The notes under the pieces are model-generated. The model ran no database searches, was not told the origin of the DNA, and worked only from the letters and a program-made list of their open reading frames with translations. From assembly GCA_002633005.1 (NCBI GenBank), contig NMRA01000122.1, positions 848,769 to 912,768 on the forward strand: a stretch of DNA of 64,000 nucleotides. Direction: 5' to 3'. The translations under genes were made by a program, and so were the position numbers. Origin of the DNA: Phoronis australis (taxonomy: Eukaryota > Animalia > Phoronida). Shown piece by piece: positions 1 to 14,200 of this stretch (the first letter of the stretch is position 1; every line of letters starts with the position of its first letter).

Positions 1-2266
1 TACTTTTAGTTCTCCATGGTATTTGGTGTTTTTATGTAAATTGTAATTTGAACTAGTAGTAAATATATTTAGCAATAACTAACTATTACATATATTTTCT
101 TTGCCTTTTTGAAGTCCGGGGTAGGGTCGGCTCCATCTTTTTGTTTTTACCAGAGTTTTATTCGTTGCATTGGTCTGCGGGGCTCACTATGGTCACCTAA
201 ACTGGTTTCTAAGGAACAATTTTTCAGGAATTTTCCGGAATTATGCCTGTTCATCGCATGGACCTAACACAACTCGAATAAACGTTTTCCCAAAAAATAT
301 TGGGTAGAAAAACTCGTATGAATGCTCCGTACGTCTGTGAGTGGTGTAGGCATTGAATCAGGTTTTAATTTACCTAAAAAGCGGGGATATGGCTTGTTTA
401 TTAATAAAAATAAACCTAATCTTAATTTGAACTCAAGTAAAGAAAACTCAGCACAAATTCAGCAAATACAATGCCCGTCGTGAGATTCGAGCGGGACTCT
501 TTAGCTTGCGAGGCGAGCTATCTGTCTCGACCAATGACGGAGACCTAATCGTTGTATCCAGTTGACGAAAAAAGCTGCTGGTCGCGACGATTCGTCATAA
601 AAAGTTTTATTTTGCGAGAGGGAAGTTTAAAAACGGATTGATAAAATGAGACCGGTACTATTAGTTCTTTTGTCTTTCTGGTCTATTCTTTTCCGTTGTT
701 ATATATTGAAAACTATTCCGAGACGCCATCCGTTTCTCCACACTGTTTTGTCAAAAAGTACTTTTACACTCTGGTCGCAATGCCGTTACTTTTATGATGA
801 TTTGAAAGCACTGAGAAATTGTGTAAAAAAACTTGCGACTTCTATCGAGAGATTTACTTATAGTTAAACAACTTACTTTGTGAACGAGAGCATGGGAATA
901 CAATTTGCACATAACACAGTGCTGTCCGTTTGTCTTATGGAGTAATAAACCCGTGTCGCCTGTCAAAAAATTCACTTCGGTCAATTCCTCAGTCTTATCT
1001 TTTTTCTTTCTCTGGAGGGAAATGGTTGACAGGTGGCGTTATCAAGTAACTTGTCACGGCGGGTTAGTTCCAGCCGCCAGGGCGGCGCTATCGGCGACAA
1101 GGGACTCTAAGCGATGTATTGTAATTAATTTCAATTAAAACAAAACGCTTTGGAAGCATAAAAAAGCTTAATGTGAACATTGGAACATAGTCATACCTGC
1201 AGGTTAGATTTAATTTTCCACGACTTCTGCCCCTATATTGTCATTTATCAGTGTTTATTTAAAAATCGATCACAGCGTTTATCCGAGCATGGTCCTCAGG
1301 GTCACCATATCAAGGGGGCTGATGATGTGTTTTCACTGACTTTTCCTGAAACCGAGCCTATTCACAGCTAACTGTAAACTTAGGATTCTCAAATGAGGCC
1401 GAGAGTGGAAGGTGTGAAGAGCTAATAAATTCATGGGTCAAATGGCGTGGGGGAGCGGAAGAATAACAGCCCGTACGGTGAAATTCGTGAAGGCGAAAGT
1501 GTAAGAGACCAAACGAGAATTGTCAGGGATGGAATGATAAACTTGTGCAAAACAGTTCACAAATCATGAATAAATGACCAGATGACGATATATACAAAGT
1601 ACGACAGACATTTGGTCCGCGATCTAATCTTTGTACTCGAAATTATTTTTGACAATTTCGGTTCTCATTTTTGAAGTGCCTGTTAATGTGTTCGATTATA
1701 GCACGGTTTACGTCGACAAGTAACTAGACTAAGTTCGCATTTGACGCCTAAATTCAAGCCACAAACTAACGTAAAAGCTCTAGTAAAAACTCGACATTTT
1801 AAGTTCCGATTCGAACTTACAGTTTTAATGCTATAATGTCATCAAGTCCAAATTTGGATTAGACTGTTATTCACGTAAACCACTTCAATTCAGAATAGAC
1901 AGTCCAAAGGAAGAATGGAAAATGACGGTCCAAAATAATTTCGAGACGTAAGTACAAAGATTAGACTCTGGGCCTAGAATGAATATCAAAAGGTGAGATA
2001 AGAAGTGAGAACAACTGTATTGCACACACTTTGTTTGATTGGATGTTGGATGTAATTGTTTACAGCACTGTTTTCAGTTTTGTCATTTTCACTGTGACAT
2101 CAACAGCAGATCGCATTGATATGTGCATGGGGAAAGTTAGCGACGTACAATTCACACATAAAAAAACGCAACACGCAAGCAGGCGTTTTTTTTTGTTTTA
2201 CATTCGTTTCTGTCTGGAATGCAGGTCGTCAACAGAGTGCCCCCCCTGGAAGCCCTGGACAACCTG

Positions 2267-4330
2267 CACTTTGCTTGCCATCAGGGGAAGTGCTCGTCAC
2301 AAGCACGCACGTTTTGATATTAGTATTGAAGATACCTGTATAGGGGTATATATAAGAACGCGGCGTACGTTGTTCCCTGGCTATATCACATTGTTAGGCT
2401 GCTGCTGTAAATACTCTGGCTGTGATTTACATGAGCCATGTAAGTTTTGTGATTTTACTGTTTACTAGAAGACTAAAAGAACCCGGACGAATGAAAGGTT
2501 ATAAAAATGTTAGAAATTCATGAAATTTGTATGAATACTCTTGAGAAATTTGGTTTGTATTCTAGAAATTAAACTCCTTAGTAGGCTTTCCGTAATTAAG
2601 GTGCCCAGAAATCCCCTCTGATTTGAATAACGGAAAAGTCGAGGCCAGCTTTATATTCTGTTTCTGTTTCTGTGGTGACGTCAGAGGGTAGGCACCGGGA
2701 TAGTCTCTGGCCTTCCTCCTTCCAGTATCGCACGCAATGTAAAATTGGAGATGCAACCAAGTTTGTGCTGGTTACATACTCTTCGATCTTTTCCCACGAT
2801 ACGAGTTTTTGCTACATCTCCGTATTGCCATCCTCGCTCTATGAGGCGCTTTGTTCCCCATCTCTCCTGCTGTTGTACAATCTCGGCATCTGTAAGCGAT
2901 TCACGCACTCAGGAGATTACATCTTCTGGTGTGAGGAGCAGGTCGGCAATCGGTTCTGCGATGCCTGCAAGCTCATCCGCCTTGACGTTGAATGAGATGG
3001 CACAGTGTCCTGGTATATAAACACTGGTGAAGAGACCATTAATAGAGCTGAACAGAGGGATCCAGGAATCTTTCACATGACCAGTTTTTAGCCTGCTAAT
3101 GAGGCTGAGGGAGTCTGTAAGTAGAAATGATCTGTCTGCAGGTGTTGTGTTCTGTGAGAGCCAGACTAGGGCGTCTTCATATGCTTCGCATTCAGCTCTA
3201 AAAGACGAGGTTTTTCCAACCCGTGCTGTTGACCATTCGAAGAGGTGTTGACCCTCGCGAGCCCAAGCAACTGCTTCCCAAGCCGTAATGTCATCTCTTA
3301 GTGNCACTTTGCTTGCCATCATGGGAAGTGCTCGTCACAACCACGCACGTTTTGATATTAGTATTGAAGATACCTGTATAGGGGTATATATAAGAACGCG
3401 GCGTACGTTGTTCCCAGGCTATATCACATTGTTAGGCTGCTGCTGTAAATACTCTGGCTGTGATTTTCATGAGCCATGTAAGTTTTGTGATTTTACTGTT
3501 TACTAGAAGACTAAAAGAACCCGGACGAATGAAAGGTTATAAAAATGTTAGAAATTCATGAAATTTGTATGAATATTCTCTGGAGAAATTTGGTTTGTAT
3601 TCTAGAAATTAAACTCCTTAGTAGGCTTTTCGTAATTAAGGTGCCCAGAAATCCCCTCTGATTTGAATAACGGAAAAGTCGAGACCAGCTTTATATTCTG
3701 TTTCTGTTTCTGTGGTGACGTCAGAGGGTAGGCACCGGGATAGTCTCTGGCCTTCCTCCTTCCAGTATCGCACGCAATGTAAACCAAGTTTGTGCTGGTT
3801 ACATACTCTTCGATCTTTTCCCACGATACGAGTTTTTGCTGCATCTCCGTATTGCCATCCTCGCTCTATGAGGCGCTTTGTTCCTCATCTCTCCTGCTGT
3901 TGTACTATCTCGGCATCTGTAAGCGATTCACGCACTCAGGAGATTACATCTTCTGGTGTGAGGAGCAGGTCGGCAATCGGTTCTGCGATGCCTGCAAGCT
4001 CATCCGCCTTGACGTTGAATGAGATGCCACAGTGTCCTGGTATATAAACATTGGTGAAGAGACCATTAATAGAGCTGAACAGAGGGATCCAGGAATCTTT
4101 CACATGACCAGTTTTTAGCCTGCTAATGAGGCTGAGGGAGTCTGTAAGTAGAAATGATCTGTCTGCAGGTGTTGTGTTCTGTGAGAGCCAGACTAGGACG
4201 TCTTCATATGCTTCGCATTCAGCTCTAAAAGACGAGGATTTTCCAACCTGTGCTGTTGACCATTCGAAGAGGCGTTGACCCTCGCGAGTCCAAGGAACTG
4301 CTTCCCAAGCCGTAGTGTCATCTCTTAGTG
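2267..4330. repeat. ~1.03 kb tandem duplicate centred on n at 3304 (probable haplotype-overlap artefact)
   Basis: 2267-3303 and 3305-4330 are highly similar with scattered SNPs and small indels; the junction is exactly an n. Confidence 0.8.
2656..3303 (-). mobile_element. Duplicate 3' end (RNase H) of the same LINE
   Basis: ORF 2909-3322 carries the RNase H motifs; part of the duplicate 2267-3303 / 3305-4330. Confidence 0.8.
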
Positions 4331-6125
4331 AGCCGTCCGTTGGAACAATGATCGTGGGAGATTGTTCTTCAAGCCATTCCGATACAGTTGCTTGGTTGAT
4401 ACAGTCAGCTCTTTCCCGCCAATGACGGCCTCAAATCTACATGGTGTTGATGACAAAGTTTGTGGCTTTGGACCACTCTATGCTGTTGATGTTCACCACT
4501 GGACATACCTCTTCGACAAGCTCCCTAGCTCCGATAACCCATGATTGAACAGTTTTCAGCCTCTGTGCGGTGTGCTCATCACTATGAAGTCCAGGTACAG
4601 AGGATGAGAGTTGGTTGTAGCTGCCTTTACAAATGCTTGGGCTGCTATTGTCTTCTGTTTAGTACGAATGCCATTGATACCTAACCAGTATTGGAGACTG
4701 TTTACCGGAGTGGGTCTAGCTGCACTGGTTACTATCCTCATGGCCTGGTTTTGAATCTTCTGTAGTTTGGTCATTGACTGTTGGGAGGCACATAGGCACA
4801 GATAGAGCCCATACTCAGTTCTTGTGGCGACAGTTGCATTCATGAGCTGCACCAGGCTCTTTTGCTGGATCTGCTGAACTGCTGCATATCTCAACAGTGA
4901 CAGGCTTTCGGCACCTTCCTCAGCTAGGAATTCGACTTGGGATTTCATCGTCATTCTTCGATCCATCTTAATTCTTATATAGGTAACTTCAGCGACTTGA
5001 GGTATCAAGGCTCCCATATATCTCAGAGTGAACATGTTTGGGTTGAAATAATCTCGTGAGGCTAACATCCATTCCCCTTTATCTTGTTGGATGGACATCT
5101 TGTTGTCTTTGGTCCAATTGGCCACACCATCACTTGCTGATTGCAGGCCCTCCACGGCATGTCTTGGAGTGTTCGCCTCATTGGCGACTAGCAAGTCATC
5201 AACATAGCTGTATGGTGAAGCTCTACCTACACTTGCTGCTTATATGAGATCTGCCGTGTAGACGTTAAAGAGCACCGAGCTGAGAGGGGACCCTTGCGGG
5301 AGGCCTGAGCTTGCTTCAAATATGCTTGACTTCCACTTGCCGAATTTGCGTTGACATGTGCAGGTATCCAGCAAGACTAATATCCAACGGATCATCATAT
5401 CGGACACCTCCATTTGTCCGAGTTTGTTGGCAAGAATACCCACATCCACTTTGTTGTAGGCGTCTTCCAGATCGAAGAGATCAATTGCAGTGTGTTGCGA
5501 AACCTGCATTCCCTGCTGAATTTCATGCAGTATCGCTTCAACGTTGGAGACAGTGGATCTTCTTGGTCTAGCTCCTCCAACTCTCGGTGATAGACAGCCA
5601 CGTCTCTCTAGGTCACATGCTAGTCGCTGTGCTACATTTTTTCCGGGTTGCCCAGGTGTTCGCCATGGTAATGATTCTGTATCCCTTCAGTTTGCTATGG
5701 TCTTTCATCGGCTTTGGAAGAACCACCATGCTTCAGTCTCTAAGGTCCTGGTCCATAGCTCCATCAACAAGTAAACTGTTTATGATGTGAAGGAGCTGGC
5801 TCTTCTCCTCTGGGCTCATGCTTTTCAGGTTAGAGTATTTAACTCCATCCGGCCCGGGAGCCGAGTCTTTACTTATCGAACGTAGGGTTGCATCTAGTTC
5901 TTCAAATGAGACTGGTTGTTCATTGTTTTGATCATTCTCCTCGATATGCTGGTTCACTGTGCGTAATGCTTGCTGGACAATGTCAGGGCCATCTGGCTGC
6001 AGTTGGGTCTGGTATCTTAGAAGGAAGGCTTCGCCTTTTTCCTGGTTTGTAGCAAGCGTCTTACTGTTAGGTCCCTGGATGAGTTGAGGTGCAGGTCCTG
6101 CTCCGGTTGAGATTCTTTTCATTTC
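3696..6125 (-). mobile_element. 5'-truncated, frameshifted non-LTR retrotransposon (LINE, I-group-like) with RT and RNase H
   Basis: Minus-strand fragments SAPGPDGVKYSNLK, DLEDAYNKV, GLPQGSPLSSVLFNVY, YVDD, KLQKIQNQAMRIVT. RNase H motifs TDGS..., AECEA, LTDSLS, YIPGHCGISFNVKADELA. 3' tail of ACAGAA repeats at ~3696-3713. Confidence 0.9.
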
Positions 6126-7975
6126 CTAATTCTGTGAAAGAGGTCGAATTCCGTGAATTTTATCTATTATTGTGCCGAACAAGTGTCTCTTAGAAGTTAA
6201 ATTTGACCCTTGTAGTATACACTGGTGTAACATTGGTGTATCCTTTTTACCCACCCGTTACAAATTTTGATAATTTTCCTTTTAGTTGGATGTTTGTGAA
6301 CTTTATTTTCCATTTTCCGTGCTGCAAACGATTGGGTAAACAACACTTTTATTACTAATACTATGCTAACGCTGCACTAACATCAAATGAACTGCTCTTT
6401 TGTTTACCCCAAGGGGTACGTGTTATGACTAAAATTGTTGACTAATCTATTAATAAAACTGAATATTTTCACATTATGATACTGTCATGACATCACCTTT
6501 CAATTTTTACTTATATACGTATGTGTTATCTTAAAAAAAGAAAAATTGCTGTTTTTCATCTGTTGAATTCATTTCGGGCTGTACTATTCAAAACCTATGG
6601 TGGCAGTAAAACAATTATCTTCTCAATCAGCACCACCTTTGTTAAGCTGTGTTAACTTTTACGGGCCAACTCCAACTCGGGGACAGTTGTATGACTTAGA
6701 GTAGAGTTCAGGAAGAACTACTTCCACTGACCTTGCATGTTAATTTCAAAAGGGCCATTGTGTGTGAGGACTAGTTACACCTTTCAAGCCCAGAATGGTT
6801 GACACCAGGGGTAGTGCTGTTGTTACACCGGCATAACATCGCTGTTAGTGTTACACACCGATTTAACACAGTGACGGCAACTTTGAAACACACATTAGTG
6901 TTACACCAACACGGCCATTTCACCAAACCCAATAAAATGGTGAGACGTATATTTTGGCAAGAGGGGTGATGTTTTAACACTTCAGCCTAGAATTGTTCCT
7001 GTATTCTCAGACCCTGTAAAGTTGCTGTTCGCGTCAAATTTGAATGACACCAAACATCTTGTGTAAAGCTTAGTACAATTCATGATAAAAGCCACAAGTA
7101 AAAGCTTGGTTTAATCCATGAAATGCTTTCCATTGATGAAACTCAGCCTGTGTTTGGTAAATAAGAACAAATGAAACAGCATCGTTAATCTTTTGATTTA
7201 TATGAGAATTTCATGTTCCCATTGGAGTTTTGTTTAAAGACCATCCTCATGTTAGTTTTGACAGTTTTAGGAACTTTGAATGTTAAAACTTATGTTTTTA
7301 AAAACAGTCAATGTAGAAGTGCTATTTATGTTTAAAGGGCATGGTCTTCTGACAAAAAACAACGTTTTATTCAGGCCCTTACTCTTACAAAATCAGTCTT
7401 TTTTCTTTCTCATATTTGGCAAAAATACCAGGTCGCCAAGCGAAAACTGAGGTTGCCAAAACTGAAAACAAAATTACCGGTACTAACAGATTAGGTTACC
7501 AAAAAAGGTCGCACGGCTGTAACGGCACCCTTCCCCAGTCCCATAAATATACGTACATTCAGTCTTTCAGCCTCTAACTCAGTTTTTCCTCCATTCCTCC
7601 TACGGACGAGCATAGGATGCAGACGACTGCATGGCCTGGTAGCGCGAATTTCGCAGATCTTGCCCGATTTTTGCCGAACAATTCCGATTTCTGACTGTTC
7701 GAGACAGTTACGACTGAATCGCGATGCTGCGCGTTTTGGTCAGGAATGAGCAATCCTACTAATTCCTGTGCCCTGGCTAAAAACAACCCTACTGGATCCA
7801 AATTCCAATTTTGATTGTGTTTGCTAACAAATGTTTGCCAGTTTACCAGTGCAGTGAAATCTGGAATTTATTAGTTTCAACGCGACTGTCATTGTCAGCA
7901 ACTGCTGAAATTGTCGTCATTGTTGTTAGACTGGCTGTTAAACCATAGTGTGTCAGTGGACTTTGACTTATTTAG

Positions 7976-8285
7976 GGCTTCAGCCGAGGACTACAAACCT
8001 CTCAAGGACAAGATCCTTCTATGCATCGCCACTCGAGTGTTCGTAGCTGCCGAAGACGAACTGCATAACTCGTTCTGGGTTACATTGAAAGAGATGGGGC
8101 TTAAATCAATTCACCTAGTGCTCGACAAGAGTGAGGTCAACAGGTACTGGTGTACAAAGATGAAGTCTTTGGGAATCATTGACGAGTTTAATGTCGACGG
8201 GTTGATCAGTGAGAAAAAGGATGACCGATCTGTAGACGAAATTAGCGACGGAATAATCAACTGGCTAAGTGAGAAAAACATCAAA
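7976..8285 (+). CDS. ATP-grasp ligase exon A (N-terminal Rossmann-like subdomain)
   Basis: Lies within ORF 7911-8300. Acceptor tttag at 7971-7975 is uncertain (cag at 7981-7983 is an alternative). Donor AAA|GTAAGC at 8286, phase 0. Confidence 0.7.
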
Positions 8286-11200
8286 GTAAGCGTTTTATAG
8301 TCGATGTTAACTATACTTTACTCCACAATATTAGCCTCGAATGGCAGATACAACTGTGTAATAACCCATAAAGGTATCTCATTAGTGACGGGAATCCGAG
8401 GCCGGATTCGAACCCGAGCCTCAAGAGTTTCGAGTTGCCGACTTTACCACTACACCACTCAGCGACTGACGTCATCAAACGTGAAAATAGAATACTTAAA
8501 TGAGCACGCGCAACAATCGCATGTTCAGCAAAGGGCATTTTAAACGCTATGAAAAATAAGACGCATAATTTCCATAAAAACGGTATTTTAATTCAGTGGA
8601 TTTTTTCTCTCGTGTTCTCTCACTTGTAAATCACTGATCTCCAATTTGAATGCGGGTATCGTGTCGTCGGGATCCTTTGACTTGAGCATTATAGTCAGTT
8701 ACTAGTGGTAACCTACTTCAGCAGACGATATTTTCCCGGTCGAAGCTTAGCGTGATAAAATGTGTTGTAAGCTATAATAGTTGCTAAACCTTAATTTATA
8801 TATTCACTTTATTTCTATTTTGTTTAAATTTTCAATTGGTTTTGAGTATAAGCATTATTTGTCAAAAATAGCTCTGCTTTTCTTAAAAGGTCACGACCTC
8901 CGATCCCGGGCCTCTGACATAGAAAATAGTTACAAAGCCGAGGCGAGTCGAGAAAGGTAGATCGATCCATCGCAATGTTTCTCGTTCAGTATGTGGTACA
9001 CGCCCCTCGGGCGATAATTCTCCAAAATCCACTCGGGCTCTAGATGGGGGGATAATGACTTCGCCATGTAATAATCTATATTTATGATCATGTTGAATTA
9101 TATATGATAATTGCAGAGATATAAGTTCAACCCCACTTCATTTCAGAATTCGCTCTCGTCAGCATCCGTAGCAATGCTATTCAGATGTCAAAAAGGATGA
9201 TCTTTATTATTATTTAACACCACCTAGTGAATATCGAGTTGCCAATAGACGGGTAAAGATGTTGAGCTATATTTGATGACGTTAGTGTTGAGCTCTTATC
9301 AGCTTTAAGTATAAAACTCGAATACCGATGGAGACTACGGTGTATATTTTCAACAGGTAAACGGAGGCTGTTTTTTCGGCGATTTCTCTAGTATGGTGGG
9401 AGGATATCTTTGTGAAAAGCTCGGCATACGTGGGGATAGCTACGAGAGCACCATGGCTGCCTATTTGAAGGATATCACTCAAGAGTACGTCCTTAAATGT
9501 CCTCAAGCAGCGAAGGCAAGTAATCATGTACCGAGAACGCGTAGCTGGAAAACTTCGCTTTTTCCCATAGCTTAAAGCTGTTATAAAGCGAACTTCCGTC
9601 AAAGTTTAAAGAAGCATGGAACGCGAAGGCTCATCGAAAATATCTTTTAAACATATCCTGACGAAAGTANTGGCGGGAATCCGAGACCGGATTCGAACCC
9701 GAGCCTCAAGAGTTTCGAGTCGCCGACTTTACCACTACACCACTCAGCGACGACGTCATCGAACGTGAAAATAGAATTCTTAAATGAGCACGCGCAACAA
9801 TCGCATGTTCAGCAAAGAGCATTTTATACGCTATGAAAAATAAGACGCATAATTTCCATGAAAACGGTATTTTAATTCAGTGGATTTTTCTCTCGTGTTC
9901 TCACACTTGTAAATCACTGATCTCCAATTTGAATGCGGGTATCGTGTCGTTGGGATCCTTTGACTTGAGCATTATAGTCAGTTACTAGTGGTAACCTACT
10001 TTAGCATACGATATTTTCCCGGTCGAAGCTTAGCGCGATAAAATGTGTAGTAAGCTATAATAGTTGCTAAACTTTAATTTATATATTCACTTTATTTCTA
10101 TTTTGTTTAAATTTTCAATTGGTTTTGAGTATAAGCATTATTTGACAAAAATAGCTCGGCTTTTCTTAAAAGGTCACGACCTCCGATCCCGGGCCTCTGA
10201 CATAGAAAATAGTTACAAAGCCGAGGCGAGTCGAGAAAGGTAGATCGATTCATCGCAATGTTTCTCGTTCAGTATGTGGTATACGCCCCTCGGGCGATAA
10301 TTCTCCAAAATCCACTCGGGCTCTAGATAACGGGGGATAATGACTATATTTATGATCATGTTGAATTATATATGATAATTGCAGAGATATAAGTTCAACC
10401 CCACTTCATTTCAGAATTCACTTTCGTCAGCATCCGTAGCAATGCTATTCAGATGTCAAAAAGGATGATCTTTATTATTATTTAACACCACCTAGTGAAT
10501 ATCGAGTTGCCAATAGACGGGTAAAGATGTTGAGCTATATTTGATGACGTTAGCGTTGAGCTCTTATCAGCTTTAAGGATAAAACTCGAATACCAATGGA
10601 GAATACGGTGTATATTTTCAACAGGTAAACGGAGGATGTTTTTTCGGCGATTTCTCTAGTATGGTGGGAGGATATCTTTGTGAAAAGCTCGGCATACGTG
10701 GGGATAGCTACGAGAGCACCATGGCTGCCTATTTGAAGGATATCACTCAAGAGTACGTCCTTAAATGTCCTCAAGCAGCGAAGGCAAGTAATCATGTACC
10801 GAGAACGCGTAGCTGGAAAACTTCGCTTTTTCCCATAGCTTAAAGCTGTTATAAAGCGAACTTCCGTCAAAGTTTAAAGAAGCATGGAACGCGAAGGCTC
10901 ATCGAAAATATCTTTTAAACATATCCTGACGAAAGTACCATCTCACAAGTTTGGTACAGAGTAATTCACTTTCCCCTGTGAGGATATTTCAAAAAAATCA
11001 CAAAATTCCAGATTTTTGAAATACACGCGGAAAACTCTGTGGTTACCACAGTGTTTCGAATCTCCCTCCCACTTACGATTAATGCGCGCAAGCGCTCTCA
11101 GTCAGTTGCTTGAAATCGCTTGAGGTCAAAGGTCACATTTTCCATATAAGGGAAATGCGCTATGTCTACGTCTTGCTATTCCAAATAAGGAGACGTGCCT

Positions 11201-14200
11201 TGCCTTGTGGGAAAAAAGTCCACAAATTGGCGAGCAGTTGAAATTTAAAACTAAAAAATAGTTTGATATGAACAGAAATTAAAAATCTTCACGAACAAAC
11301 CATATAAATGGTGAACAAGTTGAATCATGTTTCAGTGGCAGCGAACCACTTTCAGTATTGCAATTTAGTCTGTTTATTGCGTTCCAGGCCTCGTTAAAAC
11401 ATAGTTTTGGTTTATACCGCTACAAAAATTATTCCAATTTGTTCTTTAATGATATGAGAAATGATTTCTGGACGTGGGAAGAAGTGAGTTTGTTATAGCT
11501 TGAGACAATGCTCGACAACCAAGATCCTGCATGAGCCTGGCCTCAATCAAGTATCATTAGCCAGATGTTTTTTTCCGTGCCCATAAATCGTCTCTCCTCT
11601 CATTTGAGACAGCAACTAATTGACATCATGTACCAATTTTATAGCAGCTTTAATTGTAACCTTTTTGGGAGTCAGGAGCATTTTTGTCACTGTATGCCAA
11701 ACAGAAAGTGACCCAGTGTTGGGCCCTTCTGCCTGCAATTGGAAACGGGCAATTTAAAGCTGCATTTTGCAGTGTTCAGCTCGCTAAAATGAAAATGGAT
11801 TTATACATTTTTCTCGTATAAAATCGTTCTCATAACACTTCTTATGGTATTGGGATTTTATTTTCCTTACCAATAAGAACATCAAAACCATCAGCGACTC
11901 ACGAAAACACCATAGTTCATTGGGGTGGGTACGAATTAAAAAACGGCGCGCATTGCCTGTGACTTCAGCCCGATTTTATGAGAGGAAAGGCCCAATTTCA
12001 TTTTCGTTTTTAGCGAGCAAAGCAAGGTGAAATGTAACGTTTATCCTTTTTCAGAGTATCAACTTTTGCATATTTGTTATCGTCAGTTATTTTATTGTGT
12101 AATTAGTATGAAAAACGTCAAGTTTTGACAACGACGCTATTGATAGAAGAAACGTCGGATGGAGAGGAACGACACTTACCCTCCGGACTTTCTTCTCATG
12201 TAAATCTGGACAGCTTGCATTGCATAATCTCAAGCTCGTGCATTTTACCTCAAACGGGTGACTGCTTCTCAGTGAACAATAGTGGTAAGTGCCAAAGGGC
12301 ATACGTTCGGATCAGTGACTTGCTACCTCCAATTTTTTGTAACTTATACCGCTGACAGGCTCAAGGCCGAAACCAATGAGAACTAGGATTCCTCTTTAAA
12401 TCATATAAAGGATAGTATGTTTATTCGATCTGTAAACAACAAATTACAAAACATTAGAAACTAACTAATCTAAATAACAATTACTTGTCAAACACTATTT
12501 ATAATTCCGATATAAACATAAGTTACCGTAATAAGATTCCTAGCTTATTATTTTGGTAAATCTAAACACATTACTGATCTAATTTCCATGATAACTACAT
12601 CATATTCAAACATACTTGTATTAAACTATTTAAACTTTCGTTATTTCTTATTCACGACATTTTTCATAATAGTCAAACATATTTCTGAGCTTTCTATTTG
12701 ACAATACTTCTAAATAAACCGTATTTTACTTAAACATTACAATACGAATAATAGTAAATAACTACTTACTTCTGTGGAGGAATCAAAGTCCTGCTACATC
12801 GGTTTTAACTTCATAAACTGCTTCACTACGTCTTAACCCGTTTACATCTCTGTTCTGAACTGCTGTAAAATGCCTTCTCATTCAGAATTTATATGATTCT
12901 AACCCTATGACTAATTTAGTCACTTTTCATGAATTTACTTGCCCTTACCAAATTTGTCACCGAATTCTCTTGTCAATGAATAGCTCTAGTGTACTACGAA
13001 CATGGCCATATTTAAAGGTTATTTCTTGGAATATATCCTATTATACATAGAACTCACTACAACTGCTGCACGGAACTATATGAGTAACACTATTACATAA
13101 TAAGCCATGTTTCCTAGAGTCATCAACCCACACACTGCACTCATCCCATCAGCTCTAGTCACATGCCCGATTCTAACGTAAACATAAACACAACAGAACT
13201 GTTTTACACAGGGGGCAGTTGTCACGGTGCGAGTTGTCATGATGCAACACACGACAGTTGGTCGCAAACTGGATTAGTATGGAACACTTAAACATGCGCA
13301 TGCTTGCATAAACAATAACTAACATCAAACCATGTGAAATGCCAGCGGATTACCCGTTTATACACTATTCAGCAAGGGCATTGAAAGGCAACCCTTTTCC
13401 GCCCTACCCCAATTGTGTTTAGACGTGTAGTTGATGACTGTAGCAACTGATCGAGTGTAACTCGCTCTACCTCTCAACCTGGTGTCAAAATAGCCGCCGC
13501 GATGTCAACTTGCTCCGTGTCGGTCGTGTTTACACACACACACTTGCGCCGCCTGATCAGCACTTTCGTGTTAGTTACTCCGTGACAGTTTTTCCTGTGT
13601 GAACGAGGCTTATGATTCTTTCCTTAGAAATAAGTTTTTTGAGAGTTTGAGTGAGCTCTAATTATTTTTCAGTATGGAGTGCGTAGTTACTCTGTGCAGA
13701 CAGCGAAGGATCTCCAGGAAGCGTTAAGCAAACTGACGTTTCCCGTAGTCATGAAGCCCGTCTGCGGAAGTGGCGCTGTTGGCTGCAAGATTCAGTACAA
13801 TACAGCTTGTTGCTTCAAATACTTTGAAGAATTGTCCTTTGGAATAGCTCATGGGACAACAGCATGTGAAAAACTGGCGTATTCCCAAGCGGTAAGACTT
13901 GATAATTTGACACTGACAACAGATAGCGATAAAGGTAGATTGATAATTCTTGGCATCATCAAAATTAAACGTATATCCTAACCTCAAATACTGTTCACGG
14001 GCTTTAAATTTAAGTTAAATAGGTAAAATACTGCGTATAACGCCTAAGCGTAGGAAAAGCACTAACACGTCTTTCGTTTCATCCAATTTCTAAATCTGGT
14101 GTGCAAGACAGGACGAGTTCATGGGAACGAAAGTCAAACTTTTATGGGGCATTTGCGCAGGGTTTTGCAAGTTACAAGTCGATATGTTAATGCCTGTTGA

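Larger units (their letters stand above)
8386..10937. repeat. ~1.27 kb tandem duplicate centred on n at 9670 (probable assembly artefact)
   Basis: 8386-9669 vs 9671-10937 are near-identical; the junction is an n. Confidence 0.8.

Noticed and set aside
472-541. tRNA-like sequence on the minus strand
   Set aside because: Only a degenerate B-box-like TCGAATCTC and a 3' end are visible; no convincing A box or cloverleaf.
1704-1881. MITE with GGTTTACGT...ACGTAAACC ends
   Set aside because: Inverted match is short and no TSD could be established.
2031-2468. 145-aa ORF as the missing first ligase exon
   Set aside because: No recognisable similarity and no donor in the phase needed to join exon A.
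8395-8463. Functional tRNA-Ser(CGA)
   Set aside because: A and B boxes are present but the anticodon and acceptor stems pair poorly; treated as a SINE head or pseudogene.
9357-10783. Mutually exclusive duplicated exon B
   Set aside because: The peptides are identical and the 1.27-kb duplicate is joined exactly at an n; more simply two haplotypes.
12360-13080. Possible decayed LINE 3' end on the minus strand
   Set aside because: Composition is suggestive but no motif could be read reliably.
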